Assembly (NCBI GenBank): GCA_964543235.1
Contig: CAZIXE010000010.1
Span: 11,276-75,275 of the forward strand
Length of the DNA: 64,000 nucleotides
Direction of reading: 5' to 3'
Origin: an uncultured Rhizobiaceae bacterium
Lineage (GTDB): Bacteria; Pseudomonadota; Alphaproteobacteria; Rhizobiales; Aestuariivirgaceae
The translations under genes were made by a program, and so were the position numbers. Shown piece by piece: positions 10,461-18,702 of this stretch (positions within the stretch are counted from its first letter, which is position 1; every line of letters starts with the position of its first letter). A model generated the notes under the pieces. The model saw only the letters and a list, made by a program, of their open reading frames with translations, did no database searches and was not told where the DNA came from.

Positions 10461-11165
10461 TCACAGGCACCAGTTGATCGGCGCCCGGCCGTTGGCGGCG
10501 AGATAGGCATTGGCGGCGGCGAAGGGGTGGGCGTCGATGAACGGGTGTTCGCCGCCCTTGCGCATGTTGAGTGGCGAGGGATGCGTGCAACGGACAATGC
10601 CGTGGCAAGTGGTGTCGATGAGCGGGGCATAGCGCTGGGCGGGCGTACCCCACAGCAGGAACACGACATTCTCGCGCCGCACCGATACGGCGCGCACTGC
10701 CGCCCGGCTGGCCGCTTGCCAGCCTAGCGCCTTGTGGCTGTGGGGGGCACCGGCGCGGACGGTGAGGATCGTGTTGAGAAGCAGCACGCCGCGCTTTGCC
10801 CAGGCCGACAAGTCGCCGTGGCCGGGCATGGGACAGCCGAAATCCGCCGCCAGCGAGCGATAGATCGTTCTGAGTGACGGCGGAATCGGCCGTCCGCGTG
10901 GCACCGAGAAGGCGAGGCCATGCGCATTGCCCGGCGTCGGATAGGGATCCTGCCCGAGTATGACCGCCTTGACCTCCTGCAGCGGCGTCAGCTGCAGGGC
11001 GGCGCAGACCTGCTCTGGTGCCGGATAGATCGCCTGCCCGGCCTGAACCTCGTGATCCGCCCGCTGCGCTGCGGCCCTTGCATGGTGAAGGAAGTCGGCA
11101 CATGCACCCCAGCCGCAGGCGGCGTTGGCCTGCAGCGCTTCGATGGCCTCCACATAGGTGGTCAT
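10461..11165 (-). CDS. ung: uracil-DNA glycosylase, family 1
   Basis: 234 aa with the GQDPYP and HPSPL motifs of Ung. Confidence 0.9.
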   Translation of the reverse strand: MTTYVEAIEALQANAACGWGACADFLHHARAAAQRADHEVQAGQAIYPAPEQVCAALQLTPLQEVKAVILGQDPYPTPGNAHGLAFSVPRGRPIPPSLRTIYRSLAADFGCPMPGHGDLSAWAKRGVLLLNTILTVRAGAPHSHKALGWQAASRAAVRAVSVRRENVVFLLWGTPAQRYAPLIDTTCHGIVRCTHPSPLNMRKGGEHPFIDAHPFAAANAYLAANGRAPINWCL

Positions 11166-11265
11166 GGCGGCAGGACGGCGGCGGGATTGCTGCGATGAAC
11201 CCGCTCACAAGGCGGGATGTGCTTGACCCGGCCGGCCCGCAGATGGCGCCGATGCTGCAGCGTGT

Positions 11266-12135
11266 TCACGCCGCCAGGCTTCCCCGCCCGCCTGCAATGT
11301 AGGAGTCGAGCCACGGCGTGCGATAGCCGTCAGCCTGCCACGTGATGGGGAAGTAGCTCTCGTCCATCTCGACCGAGCCGACTTTCTTGTAGCGCGAATA
11401 GATGTAGCTGATCTTGGTCGGATGGAATTTCGCCGCCGAGGAGATGCAATGGGCGATGACCGCACGCCTCGGCTTGTCGCCCCGGTTGTCGCGCGATCCG
11501 TGCCAGGTCCGGCCATGGTGGATGACGCAGGACCCGGCCGGGATTTCGATGGGCACGAATTCGGGAGACTTGACCCCCGCCGTCTCGGCCGCCGGGTAGA
11601 GGTCGTGTAGGGGATCGTCGGGGGCATGGAACTGCTTGATCGGTGGCGCCACCGGCCATTTGTGTGACCCGCGCACATATTCAATGGTGCCCTGGTGAGC
11701 CTTGGTGTCGTCGAGGGGAATCCAGCAGGTGTTCATCTCGCCCGGCACGATCCAGTCGTTGTAGGAATCATCCTGGTGAAAACCGAGTGGCTTGGTGCCC
11801 GGCGGCTTCCAGATGACATTGTCCTGCCCGAGGCGCGCCCCCGGCCAGCGTCTCAGCCTGGCACAGGCCTCGCCCACATCGGCACGCAGCACGATGCCGG
11901 CGATCGTCGTGTCCGACTTCCAGCCGTTGCAGATCTGCCGGGTCAGGTCTTCCCGGTCGCGCCCCATCCGCCAGTTCCATTCATCGGGATAGAGCCCGGT
12001 TTCGAACTTGCCGGAGAACAGGGGCTCGAACCGGGCCCGTGCGGCCTCGACTTGCACTTGATCGAGCACGCCATGGACGATGACAAACCCGTCGCGATCG
12101 AAGCTGTCGAATTGGTCCTGCGTCAGTGTAATCAT
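11266..12135 (-). CDS. Fe(II)/2-oxoglutarate dioxygenase, phytanoyl-CoA dioxygenase (PhyH) family
   Basis: Start taken at ATG 12135 (MITLTQDQFDSFDRDGFV...). An HxD is present in GFHQDD and a distal His in HHGRTWHGS. The longer ORF upstream overlaps the EamA gene and is rejected. Confidence 0.8.
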   Translation of the reverse strand: MITLTQDQFDSFDRDGFVIVHGVLDQVQVEAARARFEPLFSGKFETGLYPDEWNWRMGRDREDLTRQICNGWKSDTTIAGIVLRADVGEACARLRRWPGARLGQDNVIWKPPGTKPLGFHQDDSYNDWIVPGEMNTCWIPLDDTKAHQGTIEYVRGSHKWPVAPPIKQFHAPDDPLHDLYPAAETAGVKSPEFVPIEIPAGSCVIHHGRTWHGSRDNRGDKPRRAVIAHCISSAAKFHPTKISYIYSRYKKVGSVEMDESYFPITWQADGYRTPWLDSYIAGGRGSLAA

Positions 12136-12158
12136 TCTGTCGTCCCTCTTGTCGAATG

Positions 12159-13022
12159 TTATTGCGGCCATGCCAGCATCGCAATGCCGATGGAGATCAT
12201 GGCGATCCCGGCCCATTGCGCCATTGACACGCTTTCCTTGAGCAGGAGCGCGGCCAGCATGACAGACATGGCGCCGTAACCTGAGATCCCCACGGCGGCG
12301 AATTCCTTGCCCGGCAGATGGCCGGAGGCATTGACCGAGATCAGCCCGCCCGAATCGAGTGCACCCATCGCCGCAATGCCCCACCACGCGCGCGGCCGCA
12401 CCGGTTGCAGGCGCGGTTCACCGGCCGCCACCATCGCGAACAGCGCAATCGCCGTCGCCCGCGATAGCCACGCGGCCTCGATCTCGCCGATCATGACCGC
12501 CGCCTTCTGCCCGAGGATGACCGCTGCGGCATAGCCCGCGCTGCAGACCGCACAGGCGATGAGCAGCGCGGCGAGCTTGCCGGGCAGGACGGCATTGAAG
12601 CCGCCGTCGGGCGTGCTCGATCGTGAGACGAGTGCTGCGCCGGAAAGAGCGACGATCGTCGCGATCCATTGCAGGGGGGTGGGTGCCAGCCCGTGCACGA
12701 GCCCCCACATCACCACGAACACCGGATAGATCGACGTCAGCGGCCCGACCACCGAGATCGGCCCCAGGCTGAAGGCTTTGTAGATGCCGCCGGCCCCGGC
12801 TGCATAGGCAACGCCCAGTCCCAGGGCCCACACCAGGCCCTCCGCGCTGGCTGCAAACAGCGTGCCCCGCACCGCCACGATGGCCGTCATCATGAGTCCC
12901 GACAGCACCATGATCCACAGGCCCATGCGCAGCGGCCCGAGCCGGGGTGCATAGACTCGCGCCAGGAGGTCGTGGACGGCCAAGCACAGCGCTGCCGCAA
13001 CACCGAAGAGGACGGCGGTCAT
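12159..13022 (-). CDS. EamA/DMT-family transporter
   Basis: 287 aa with about 10 hydrophobic spans in two EamA-like halves. Its ATG abuts the GntR stop (TGAATG at 13025-13020). Confidence 0.8.
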   Translation of the reverse strand: MTAVLFGVAAALCLAVHDLLARVYAPRLGPLRMGLWIMVLSGLMMTAIVAVRGTLFAASAEGLVWALGLGVAYAAGAGGIYKAFSLGPISVVGPLTSIYPVFVVMWGLVHGLAPTPLQWIATIVALSGAALVSRSSTPDGGFNAVLPGKLAALLIACAVCSAGYAAAVILGQKAAVMIGEIEAAWLSRATAIALFAMVAAGEPRLQPVRPRAWWGIAAMGALDSGGLISVNASGHLPGKEFAAVGISGYGAMSVMLAALLLKESVSMAQWAGIAMISIGIAMLAWPQ

Positions 13023-13745
13023 TCAGATGCTGTCGGCACCGACGAGATCCTGTCGCGCGGTTTCCAGATGGCGGGAAATCTGTTCTGCCGCGCCCGGCGC
13101 GTCGCGCTGCCGCAGCGCATCGACGATTGCCCGATGCTGCTGGTTGTAGAGGTCCATCTTGGCCGTGGTGAGAATGATCTGTTTCATCTGCTCCCACTGG
13201 GCGTGGCTGCGCACCGTGTTGATTTGCTGGTACAGCCGCAGGATCAGCGGGTTGTGCGAACACCGCGCCAGCTGCAGATGGAACTCGGAATCGAGCTTGG
13301 TGAACAGATCCTGGTCGCCGCGCACCGATTCCAGTTGGTTGAGAATGCCTTCGATGGCATCGAGATCGCGGCTCGAGGCGTGCACGGCGGCAAGCCGTGC
13401 CATATAGGGCTCGATCGCGAATCGCGTTTCGATGAGCTGCAGCGGCGAGATGAGGTCGGTGACATCCGACATCGCATCCTGGACCGGGCCGCTGTAGTTG
13501 ACGAAGGTCCCCGACCCCACCCGGCGCACGACCAGGCCCTTCTGCTCGAGCTGGTCGAGCGCCTTGCGAATGGTCGAACGCGCCGTGCCGAAGGCGACGG
13601 CGAGCTGCCGCTCCGGCGGCAGCTGGTCCCCGTCGGCATAGATTCCGGTCTCGATGGCCCGGCGCAACCGGGCCGTGATGGAACTGGCGCCCCGGTTGGC
13701 GACGAGTTGCGGGTCCTCCCCGTCGTCATTCCCGTTATGGTTCAT
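13023..13745 (-). CDS. GntR-family regulator, FadR subfamily (winged HTH + FCD domain)
   Basis: A GntR HTH (LPPERQLAVAFGTARSTIRKALDQLEQKGLV) is followed by an all-helical FCD-like C-terminus. I prefer the start at ATG 13745 (MNHNGND..., GAGAG SD-like sequence upstream). The alternative ATG 13778 lacks an SD. The 736-aa ORF in the track is an artefactual extension. Confidence 0.85.
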   Translation of the reverse strand: MNHNGNDDGEDPQLVANRGASSITARLRRAIETGIYADGDQLPPERQLAVAFGTARSTIRKALDQLEQKGLVVRRVGSGTFVNYSGPVQDAMSDVTDLISPLQLIETRFAIEPYMARLAAVHASSRDLDAIEGILNQLESVRGDQDLFTKLDSEFHLQLARCSHNPLILRLYQQINTVRSHAQWEQMKQIILTTAKMDLYNQQHRAIVDALRQRDAPGAAEQISRHLETARQDLVGADSI

Positions 13746-13764
13746 CCAGCTCTCACTGGTCTCG

Positions 13765-13802
13765 ATTGGTCCGCTCATTGGTTTAAATTGGTTAGATTTG
13801 GT
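13765..13802. promoter_or_regulatory. four phased ATTGGT(T) boxes (candidate FadR-type GntR operator)
   Basis: ATTGGT occurs at 13765-70, 13777-82 and 13787-92, and ATTTGGT at 13796-13802. TTGGT start spacing is 12/10/10 bp. The boxes lie in the divergent control region. Confidence 0.5.
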
Positions 13803-13919
13803 TTGCAATGGGCCCTGACTCGTGTAGAGTATGGTCTCAGAATTGGGCCCCGCGTCAAGTCGAACCTCGGATGAGCCGCGCTGCCGGGGCCCGGTCAAAC
13901 CAGGGAGTAGAAGGCGAAC

Positions 13920-15266
13920 ATGGCTGTTCCCTCCGGCGTGAAATACGCCATCATTGGTGCCGGCATCCATGGTCTTTCGACCGCCTATCATTTGGCATTG
14001 CGTCTCAGGGAAACGGGGAGAGGCTCCGGCAAGGACATTCTGGTCGTCGACAAGACGGCGATCGCCGCCGGCGCCTCGGGAATTGCCTGCGGCGTGGTCC
14101 GCAACAACTATTATCAGCCCGCCATGCGCGAACTGATGGCCCAGTGCGTCGAGGTCTGGGAGAGCGATCCCAAGGCCTATTCCTATCACGGCGTCGGCTA
14201 CATGCAGATCAGCCCGGAAGTCATGCACGAGCAGGTCGGCTCGATCTACGAGCAGCAGCAGAAGATCGGCTACGAGTCGGTCTTTGTCGAGGGGGCGAAG
14301 GAGTCCCAGAAATACATGGAGGGCCTGTTCGACGACTGGCAGGCCAAGGGCATCACCTCCGTTCTCCACGAGAAGAAGGGCGGCTACGCCAACAACACCG
14401 CCTCGATCTACGGTCTCGCCTCCAAGGCTGAGTCCGAAGGTGTGCGCATCATGACGGGCGTCGAAGTCAGGGGCTTCGAGTTCGGCTCGAACTCGGCCGC
14501 CGTCACCGGCATCGTCACCAGCAAGGGCACAATCAAGTGCGACTATGTCGTGGTCGGAGTGGGACCCTGGGTGAACCAGATCTGGAACATGCTGGAACTG
14601 CCGCGCGCCATCTCGATCAAGGGCCGCGACGGCAAGATGCACGACAATGTGCGCATGTGGAAGTACTGGTGCCTGGAAGAGGGGACGCTTGGCGTCGATC
14701 CCAACATGCACAAGACCAATGACGGCCGGATGCCACCGGTGATCCACGTCGATACCGATGCGCCGCTTTATTCGGATGTCGACGGCCGCCTGCTGACCGA
14801 CAGGCTCTGGGGCCTCTATTACAAGCCCGACTTCAACTTCGGCGGCGTCCAGGGCGGCTCTTCGCCTTACAAGGTGGAGGTCGACCCCGACGACGTGGCG
14901 GTCGACCCCTACGGCCCCGAATCGCCCGACTTCATCGTCGGCGACCAGTTCATCGAGACCTGGTGTTCCATGCTCGCCCACTGCCAGAAACGCTTCGAAG
15001 GCAAGATCGGCCTCTACAAGAGCCATGAGAGATCCGGCGGCCTCGGCTGCTTCACGCCCGATAATTTTCCGGTCTTTGACGTGTTCCGCGACAACGTCTT
15101 CGTCATCGCGGACTCGAACCACGGCTACAAGATGATCGGTGTCGGCAAGCTCGTGGCGCAGGAAATCTGCGGTGACAAATCCCGGCTCTTGGAGCCCTTC
15201 CGCTTCTCGCGCTACGCTGAAGGCAGGCTCCATCCGGTTTCGAACAGTCCGTTCCCATGGAGCTGA
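13920..15266 (+). CDS. FAD-dependent oxidoreductase (DAO family, sarcosine-oxidase beta-subunit-like)
   Basis: 448 aa. It has the N-terminal dinucleotide fold VKYAIIGAGIHGLSTAYHLA and overall SoxB/DadA-like organisation. Confidence 0.85.
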   Translation: MAVPSGVKYAIIGAGIHGLSTAYHLALRLRETGRGSGKDILVVDKTAIAAGASGIACGVVRNNYYQPAMRELMAQCVEVWESDPKAYSYHGVGYMQISPEVMHEQVGSIYEQQQKIGYESVFVEGAKESQKYMEGLFDDWQAKGITSVLHEKKGGYANNTASIYGLASKAESEGVRIMTGVEVRGFEFGSNSAAVTGIVTSKGTIKCDYVVVGVGPWVNQIWNMLELPRAISIKGRDGKMHDNVRMWKYWCLEEGTLGVDPNMHKTNDGRMPPVIHVDTDAPLYSDVDGRLLTDRLWGLYYKPDFNFGGVQGGSSPYKVEVDPDDVAVDPYGPESPDFIVGDQFIETWCSMLAHCQKRFEGKIGLYKSHERSGGLGCFTPDNFPVFDVFRDNVFVIADSNHGYKMIGVGKLVAQEICGDKSRLLEPFRFSRYAEGRLHPVSNSPFPWS

Positions 15267-15298
15267 TGCAAGGATCGGACGGGAGGAAAGAGGAAGTT

Positions 15299-16774
15299 AT
15301 GGCAACTGACTACGAGAAATTCATCAAGGCCGATGGGCGCGACGAGCTCATCAAGCAGGTCCGCAAGAAGATCGACGCCCTCGGCATCGACTACCTCTAT
15401 CTCCAGTTCGTCTCCGTCACCGGCCGCATCATGGGCAAGGGCATTCCGGCCGATCACTGGGAGAACATCGCGAACGGCGGATTTCAGCTCGTCTACGGGG
15501 CCACCGTCAATCTGTTCATGAATCGCCGCGGCGAATATCTGGGGTATGGACCGGAGGCGGCGGAACTGGTCGGCGTTCCGGAACCGGAAACCTTCATGCA
15601 GTTGCCCTGGGACAAGCGCGTGGCGCGCATGTTCTGCACGCTGTTCCGCAATCGCGAGGAGAAGGAGAATCCCGGAGCCTATCTGACGTCCGATTGCCGC
15701 GGCAACCTCAGGCGCATCCACGAGCAGTTCGAGAAGGACCATGGCATGCACATGCGCCATGGCACCGAGCCGGAAATGATGTGGTTGAAGAAGGACGACA
15801 ACGGCAATCCCAACGGCGGCTATTCCAGGCCCTACTGCTATCACATCGACCAGTTCGAGAGCCTGCGCCCGGTCTACATGCGGGTGATCGAATATGGCCG
15901 CAAGATGGGTCTCGACATGATCCAGGGCGACCATGAAGATGCCCCTGGCCAGCTCGAATTGAACTTCAATTATGACGACGCGCTGCGCACCGCCGACCGC
16001 CTCACCACCTACCGGCAGATCTGCGCCCAGGTGGCCCGCGAGTTCAACATCATCGCCTGCTTCATGTGCAAGCCGTTCATGGGCGTCTCGGCCAACGGCT
16101 GCCACCACAATGTCTCGCTGTGGAAGGGCGGCAAGGACGAGCTCAAGACGCTGGGCAACGATCCCAAGAACCTGCCCGGTTTCGAGCACAACTTCATGTA
16201 CCGTCGCGGCGGCGAGAACACCTTCCTGCCCGACACCGACAACATGCAGATGCCGGGCAAGACCGGCCTCTATGTCATTGGCGGCATCGTCAAGCACCTG
16301 GCGGCGTTGACGGCCATCGGCTGTTCGACCGTGAACTCCTACCGCAGGCTCTGGGACACCGGCTTCTGGGCGCCGGTCTTTGCTGATTGGGGCTTTCAGA
16401 ACCGCACCACCGGCCTGCGCATCTCGGCCCCCGGGCGCTTCGAATACCGCGCCGTCGACTCGATGGTGAATCCGTACCTGATGGCTGGCGCCATCCTGAA
16501 GGCCGCCGACGATGGCATCCGCAACAGGATCGATCCGGGCCAGCCGGAAGAGCGCAACATCTATGCCGCCATGGAAGCGGGCAAGCAGGTGAAGCGGCTG
16601 CCGATGACCCTTGGTGACGCTCTCGAGGCCCTGAAGAAGGACGATGTCATCAGGTCGGCGATGCCGGGCGAAATGCACCGGCTTTACGACGAATACAAGC
16701 GCGACGAATGGGAGCGGTTCCTCCATACGTCGACAGAATGGGATCTCAATACCTATCTGAACTGCTTGCCATAG
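15299..16774 (+). CDS. type-III glutamine-synthetase-like gamma-glutamyl-amine ligase (GlnT / GmaS-like)
   Basis: ATG at 15299 follows GGGAGGAAAGAGGAAG. The 491-aa product has a GS beta-grasp and catalytic domain (HGTEPEMMW, HEDAPGQLELNF, NGCHHNVSLW, SYRRL). Confidence 0.85.
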   Translation: MATDYEKFIKADGRDELIKQVRKKIDALGIDYLYLQFVSVTGRIMGKGIPADHWENIANGGFQLVYGATVNLFMNRRGEYLGYGPEAAELVGVPEPETFMQLPWDKRVARMFCTLFRNREEKENPGAYLTSDCRGNLRRIHEQFEKDHGMHMRHGTEPEMMWLKKDDNGNPNGGYSRPYCYHIDQFESLRPVYMRVIEYGRKMGLDMIQGDHEDAPGQLELNFNYDDALRTADRLTTYRQICAQVAREFNIIACFMCKPFMGVSANGCHHNVSLWKGGKDELKTLGNDPKNLPGFEHNFMYRRGGENTFLPDTDNMQMPGKTGLYVIGGIVKHLAALTAIGCSTVNSYRRLWDTGFWAPVFADWGFQNRTTGLRISAPGRFEYRAVDSMVNPYLMAGAILKAADDGIRNRIDPGQPEERNIYAAMEAGKQVKRLPMTLGDALEALKKDDVIRSAMPGEMHRLYDEYKRDEWERFLHTSTEWDLNTYLNCLP

Positions 16775-16781
16775 AGATTTT

Positions 16782-16894
16782 CCCTCCCCCTGTGTGGGGG
16801 CGGGTGGCGCGAAGCGCCGGGTCGGGAATGTCACAGGCTCAATACAGCCCTAACCCCGCCGCTGCGCAGCGGACCTCCCCCATGGAGGGGGAGG
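16782..16894. repeat. GC-rich multi-hairpin intergenic element
   Basis: Four inverted repeats were read directly: CCCTCCCCC/GGGGGCGGG (16782-16804), GGCGC/GCGCC (16806-16818), the palindrome CCGCTGCGCAGCGG (16859-16872), and CCTCCCCC/GGGGGAGG (16874-16894). Confidence 0.5.
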
Positions 16895-16913
16895 GGAAAG
16901 AAGGAGAAACACC

Positions 16914-17849
16914 ATGTGTGGAATTGCAGGACTGATCCACCGCGACGGCACCGGCAACATCGGCCTCGAAATGACTCAGATGCTGCAGTCGCTGAAGCAT
17001 CGCGGGCCCGACTCGACCGGATACGCGATCTACGGCACGCCGGGCCGCAATGAATTCGTCATGCGCTTCAAGGTCGCCGAGCAGGAGGACATGGCCAGGG
17101 GCTTCGACATTCATGACGAAGTCAAGCGCCGCCGTGCCAGAGTGGAAGAGCGTCTGGCGGCCCTTGGCGTTCAGGTGATTGACCGCGAGGACGCCACCGA
17201 ATACGCCTACCGCTACCGCATCCACTTCGAAGGCGACATGAAGAAGCTCGCCGACTACGTCGAGGATGTCGAGGGAACGGAAATCCTGTCCATCGGCAAT
17301 GCCCTGGAACTGGTGAAGGATCTGGGCGATGCCGCGCGCGTCGCCGACCAGTACAACCTGCGCAAGTTCCGGGGAACCCACGGCATCGGCCACACCCGCA
17401 TGGCAACCGAATCGGATGTCGATATCCGCTCGGCGCATCCCTACTGGGCCTATCCCTACAACGACATTGCCGTGGTCCATAACGGTCAGATCACCAACTA
17501 CTGGCAGATGCGCCGCGAATACGAACGCCGCGGCCACCGTTTCATGTCGAACTGCGATTCGGAGCTGCTGGCGGTCTACACCGCCTACAATCTTGAGCAT
17601 GGTGCGAGCCTCGAGGACTCGCTCAAGCAGTCGATCCAGGACATCGACGGCGTGTTCACCTATCTCGTTTCGACCAGGGACCAGCTCGGCATGGCCAAGG
17701 ACACCATGGCCGCCAAGCCGATGGTTCTCTACGAGAGCGACAATCTGGTGGCCCTGGCCTCGGAGGAGGTGGCCATCCGCGCCGTTATTCACCACGAGAT
17801 CGACACTTGGGACCCTTACGACGAGGAGGTTCGCGTATGGCGGGCGTAA
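16914..17849 (+). CDS. class-II (Ntn) glutamine amidotransferase (GlxB / MgsA-like)
   Basis: 311 aa starting MCGIAGL (the catalytic Cys follows the initiator Met). This resembles glutamate-synthase domain 1. Confidence 0.85.
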   Translation: MCGIAGLIHRDGTGNIGLEMTQMLQSLKHRGPDSTGYAIYGTPGRNEFVMRFKVAEQEDMARGFDIHDEVKRRRARVEERLAALGVQVIDREDATEYAYRYRIHFEGDMKKLADYVEDVEGTEILSIGNALELVKDLGDAARVADQYNLRKFRGTHGIGHTRMATESDVDIRSAHPYWAYPYNDIAVVHNGQITNYWQMRREYERRGHRFMSNCDSELLAVYTAYNLEHGASLEDSLKQSIQDIDGVFTYLVSTRDQLGMAKDTMAAKPMVLYESDNLVALASEEVAIRAVIHHEIDTWDPYDEEVRVWRA

Positions 17850-18694
17850 CCACGATGAAGACGGACCATCTCTCCCATGAGATGGGCATGCACACCGAGG
17901 GACTCCTCGGCCGCACCCAGCAGCGCTTCTTCGACATCACCGAGGAGAATGTCGGCTATGGCTATCCCGACGCGCCCGATGTCGACTTCAACAGGCGCGC
18001 CGAGATCGACTGCGAGTCTCTCGACACCCGGCAGATCAACCTGCAGCTCCGCGACCTGATCCGCCGCGGCTACGGCACCATCGTGCTAAAGAACCCAGGT
18101 GCGAAGCACTCGATCGCCGTCGGCATTCTCAACCGGCTCAACCTCTACATCGAAGGCTCCTGCGGCTACTTCGCCTGCGGCCTGACTGACGGCCCCAATA
18201 TCAGGATCAAGGGCCGGGTCGGCTGGGCCTGCGGCGAAAACATGCTGGCCGGCACCATTGTCGTCGAGAAGAACGCCGGCTCCCAGTTCGGTGCCGCACT
18301 GCGCGGCGGCGATCTCGTCTGCAAGGGCTCGGTCGGCTCGCGCACCGGCATCGACCAGAAGGGCGGCAACATCATCGTGGGCGGCGACACCGGCTCCTTC
18401 TCCGGCTTCATGATGCAGAGAGGCCGCATGGTGATCCTCGGCAATGCCGGCAAGAATCTGGGAGACTCGATGTATGACGGCACCATCTACCTGGGCGGCG
18501 AGGCGCGTTCGCTCGGCGTCGATGCCGTGCCCGGCGAAATGACCGAACTCGACCGCGAATGGCTGACGCGAAAACTCAAGATGTACGATCTCTATCCCGC
18601 CAGGGGAATCGACCACATCCGGAAGATCGTCGCCGGCAAGCAGCTGTGGAACTACGACAATCTCGAACCGAGTGAAAAGAAGCTCGTGCTTTGA
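17837..18694 (+). CDS. GXGXG-motif glutamate-synthase domain-3-like protein (GlxC / MgsB-like)
   Basis: ATG at 17837 follows GAGGAGG and overlaps the upstream stop by 13 nt. Repeated beta-helix GxxGxxxG motifs are present (GSCGYFACG, GRVGWACGE, GSVGSRTG, GDTGSFSG). Confidence 0.8.
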   Translation: MAGVTTMKTDHLSHEMGMHTEGLLGRTQQRFFDITEENVGYGYPDAPDVDFNRRAEIDCESLDTRQINLQLRDLIRRGYGTIVLKNPGAKHSIAVGILNRLNLYIEGSCGYFACGLTDGPNIRIKGRVGWACGENMLAGTIVVEKNAGSQFGAALRGGDLVCKGSVGSRTGIDQKGGNIIVGGDTGSFSGFMMQRGRMVILGNAGKNLGDSMYDGTIYLGGEARSLGVDAVPGEMTELDREWLTRKLKMYDLYPARGIDHIRKIVAGKQLWNYDNLEPSEKKLVL

Positions 18695-18702
18695 GGAGGA
18701 AC

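Noticed and set aside
13779-15233. N-terminal ~485 aa of the 736-aa minus-strand ORF that ends in the GntR regulator
   Set aside because: This part is antisense to the well-supported FAD oxidoreductase gene and has a repetitive D/V/A/G-rich composition typical of GC-rich antisense frames. It resembles no known family. The GntR domain begins only at 13778/13745.
15212-16834. 540-aa minus-strand ORF
   Set aside because: It is fully antisense to the GS-III-like ligase gene, which has clear catalytic motifs. The composition is low-complexity and Arg/Ala/Gly/His-rich, so it is a GC frame artefact.
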